Source: Pirellulales bacterium (GTDB taxonomy: Bacteria > Planctomycetota > Planctomycetia > Pirellulales > PALSA-1355). From it: a DNA stretch of 64,000 nucleotides. Shown here one piece after another: positions 61,476 through 64,000 of this stretch; positions within the stretch are counted from its first letter, which is position 1, and every line of letters starts with the position of its first letter. Where the stretch lies: NCBI GenBank assembly GCA_963733035.1, contig CAVTBU010000006.1, positions 832,001 through 896,000 of the forward strand, written 5' to 3'. Under the pieces are notes generated by a model, which did no database searches, was not told the DNA's origin, and worked only from the letters and a program-made list of their open reading frames with translations. The position numbers and the translations under genes are program-made.

Positions 61476-62642
61476 TTAGCTCGGCCGGAATGCTCGCTGG
61501 GCCGCTTCGAACACGGTGCGGACGGGCAGCTTGTTCGACTCGGCGAGCTGGCGGCAGGATTCGAACTCGGGGGAGAAGCGGGTGGTGCTGCCGTCGAGCC
61601 AGGCCAGGACGCCGTCGACCTTGCCCCAGGGGGTTTCCACCTGGTGCTTCTCGCGGCGAAGTTTCTTCCGCTCGACGCGGTGGCGGCGGATGCCGAGGGT
61701 GGTCGTTTCGCGAAACAGGATTTCCTCGACGGCGGGAATCAAGTTGGCATCGCACAAGACGCTGAGCGTGACGCCGGGCCGGTTCTTTTTCATCTGAATG
61801 GCGGTGGTGTAGACATCGAGCGCGCCGGCTTCCCACAGGCGGCCAATCGCATGGCCGACGAACTCGCCGCTCGTGTCGTCGAGGTTGGTTTCCACGAGCC
61901 AGAGCAATTCGCTCGCGGGCTGGTCGGCACTTTCGCCCACCAGCAGTCGCAGCACGTTTGCCTGCTCGTCGAGATCCTTTTGTCCGGCGCCGTAACCGAT
62001 TTGTTCGATCGTCATTGCCGGCACGGGACCGTAGCTGTCGACCATGGCCGCGAGGATGGCCGCGCCGGTCGGCGTGGTGAGTTCGCAATCGACACGCGAG
62101 GCGGCCAGCGGCACGCCGCGCAACAGTTCGGCCGTCGCGGGAGCCGGAATCGAGCAGCGTCCGTGGGCGATCTCGACGAAGCCGGTTCCGGTGGGGACGG
62201 CCGACGCCACGATCCGCTCGACGCCGAGCAGGTCCCAGCCGACGGCGGCCCCAACGATGTCGCAAATCGAATCGACCGCGCCGACTTCGTGGAAGTGCAC
62301 CTTTTCGATTGTGGAGTTGTGCACCTTGGCTTCGGCCTCGGCCAGCTTGCGAAAGATCCGCCCGGCCAGGTCTTTCTGCCGCTGGCTGAGCATGCTCCCC
62401 TCGATCATGGCCGTGATGTGATGGAGGTGGCGGTGCTTGTGTTCCGGTTCGTGCTCAACGGTGATTTGCGTGGCGCGAAAGCCCTTCTTCTTGACCGTCT
62501 CGGCGAGCAGCCGCACGTTCGACCAACCGAGCGAGCCGATGGCACGATTCAGCGCGTCGAGGCTGACACCCACGTCAACAAGGGCTCCCAGCGTCATGTC
62601 GCCGCTAATGCCGCTGGCACAATCGAGGTACGCGATTTTCAT
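61476..62642 (-). CDS. larC: nickel pincer cofactor biosynthesis protein LarC
   Basis: SGISGDMTLGALVD, His-rich tract, HFHEVGAVDSI, ELTTPTGAA, ETNLDD, MKKNRPG. Confidence 0.95.
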   Translation of the reverse strand: MKIAYLDCASGISGDMTLGALVDVGVSLDALNRAIGSLGWSNVRLLAETVKKKGFRATQITVEHEPEHKHRHLHHITAMIEGSMLSQRQKDLAGRIFRKLAEAEAKVHNSTIEKVHFHEVGAVDSICDIVGAAVGWDLLGVERIVASAVPTGTGFVEIAHGRCSIPAPATAELLRGVPLAASRVDCELTTPTGAAILAAMVDSYGPVPAMTIEQIGYGAGQKDLDEQANVLRLLVGESADQPASELLWLVETNLDDTSGEFVGHAIGRLWEAGALDVYTTAIQMKKNRPGVTLSVLCDANLIPAVEEILFRETTTLGIRRHRVERKKLRREKHQVETPWGKVDGVLAWLDGSTTRFSPEFESCRQLAESNKLPVRTVFEAAQRAFRPS

Positions 62643-62815
62643 CGAGTTTGCCTGGGGCTCAATCTGGAAGGAATCAAGAGGTTTTGAATTCTAACACGAG
62701 GCGTCCGCCGCACGAGTGCAATGCGGCCGGCGTCGCGCAGGCGAGCCGCATCGACGCATCTGGCCCGTAGGTCTGGTTTGCTTCGTTGTGGCCTCCCGCC
62801 TACCATTGGGCCATC

Positions 62816-63196
62816 ATGTCAGACGATCAAACCACGATTGCCGAACTCAAGCAACTGGTTGCCGGGTTTGTCGAGGCGCGGCAATGGCAGCCGTTTCATA
62901 CACCCAAGAACCTTGCGATGGCACTGGCCATCGAGGCGGCCGAGTTGATGGAGCATTTCCAGTGGCTCAATCTGGACGAGTCCGCCGCCGTGGCAGAGGA
63001 TTCGGCCAAACGGAGCGCCGCCGGCGAGGAACTGGCCGACGTGCTGTGTTACGCCCTGGCGATGGCCAATGCACTGGGACTCGACGTGAGCCAGGCCATG
63101 CATGCCAAGATGGAGAAGAATGTCCGCAAATACCCGGTCGAGGAGTTTCGCGGCCGCTGGGGCGCGGAGGATTCTCGCCAACCCAGGTCAGAATGA
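62816..63196 (+). CDS. MazG-like nucleotide pyrophosphohydrolase
   Basis: WQPFHTPKNLAMAL, EAAELMEHFQW, EELADV, KYP. Confidence 0.92.
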   Translation: MSDDQTTIAELKQLVAGFVEARQWQPFHTPKNLAMALAIEAAELMEHFQWLNLDESAAVAEDSAKRSAAGEELADVLCYALAMANALGLDVSQAMHAKMEKNVRKYPVEEFRGRWGAEDSRQPRSE

Positions 63197-63247
63197 CCGC
63201 GGCAAGAATGAAAGCACGGCCGGCTCGCCGAGCGCTGGGTTTGGGTG

Positions 63248-63718
63248 TTAAACCGCACTCGATCGCGTGGCGTCGACAATGGCATTCAGGTCGGTCGTGA
63301 CGCGGGTCCAGGCATCGTGGCCGAAGCGGTTGATTAGATGCGATTGAGCCTGTTCCCAAAACGGTGCCGAGCGAATTAAGGCCGCCTGACCGGCTGGCGT
63401 CACTTCGACCGATTTGTGCTTGCCGCTGTCGTCCGGCGAGAACTGCAGCAAACCCATGTTCATCAGGGGTTTCAGGTTGCGCGTCAGCGTCGAACGGTCC
63501 ATGACCAGTTCGCGAGCCAGCCGCGCGATGCTGCTGGGTCCAACCAGTTGGCTGGTGATCAAGATGACCAGCTGGGTCGACCGGAGGCCCGTGGGAGCCA
63601 GAATCTGATCGAACAGTTGTGTCACACTTCGTGACGCTTTGCGGAAATTGAAACACGCGCAGGTGCGGGCCATTTCGGCCAATTTCTTGTCGTCAATTTC
63701 CGGAATATCGCAGGACAT
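63248..63718 (-). CDS. MarR family transcriptional regulator
   Basis: CACFNFRKASR, MDRSTLTRNL. Confidence 0.92.
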   Translation of the reverse strand: MSCDIPEIDDKKLAEMARTCACFNFRKASRSVTQLFDQILAPTGLRSTQLVILITSQLVGPSSIARLARELVMDRSTLTRNLKPLMNMGLLQFSPDDSGKHKSVEVTPAGQAALIRSAPFWEQAQSHLINRFGHDAWTRVTTDLNAIVDATRSSAV

Positions 63719-64000
63719 AAGAGGTTATGGTAAATTATGCGGACCTGGAATGCAATCCTCGTTGCGACGAACTTTTACTGTACTAAACAATGCGATCGTC
63801 TCTGCCGGCGTGCCAGCATCCAGATTGAGAAACATGATGCCGGCAGGCACAGCGGTTAATCTACCAGAGCAATGGCCCGGCACTGCGAAGCACCTTCGCG
63901 CGGGAAATCATCGGGCCGACGATGATCGGCGGTCAAGAAGCGCCACAACCAAAGGATAAGTTATGGCCGAGGACTTTGCACCCTATTTGGCGCCAACCCC

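Overview
GC-rich bacterial window whose gene content points to Planctomycetota, probably Pirellulales (DUF1501, DUF1549/DUF1553, planctomycete cytochrome c, TIGR03000, PEP-CTERM proteins, ECF sigma factor with a Ser/Thr kinase-WD40 partner). Family names are from motif recognition, not database searches. Most of it is housekeeping or envelope genes: pntAA/pntAB/pntB, gpx, porin, exbB/exbD cluster, LptF/G, MATE, ABC transporter, ferritin, gap, panB, larC, MazG-like and MarR. The standout is a ~6 kb plasticity zone (about 8.8-14.7 kb) built around HUH/Y1 (RAYT-like) transposase genes bounded by AAAGGGGAC-core terminal inverted repeats. It holds end-anchored partial copies, truncated neighbouring genes and a toxin-tip/immunity-like cassette. 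Other items worth checking: a 321-bp repeat present twice in inverted orientation, an attenuator-like leader, a sigma54-driven small transcript, a kinase-like protein with rearranged motif order, and a TonB-like anchor on a prenyltransferase-repeat protein. Six genes carry single-base frameshifts, probably assembly errors. No rRNA, tRNA or CRISPR array was seen.
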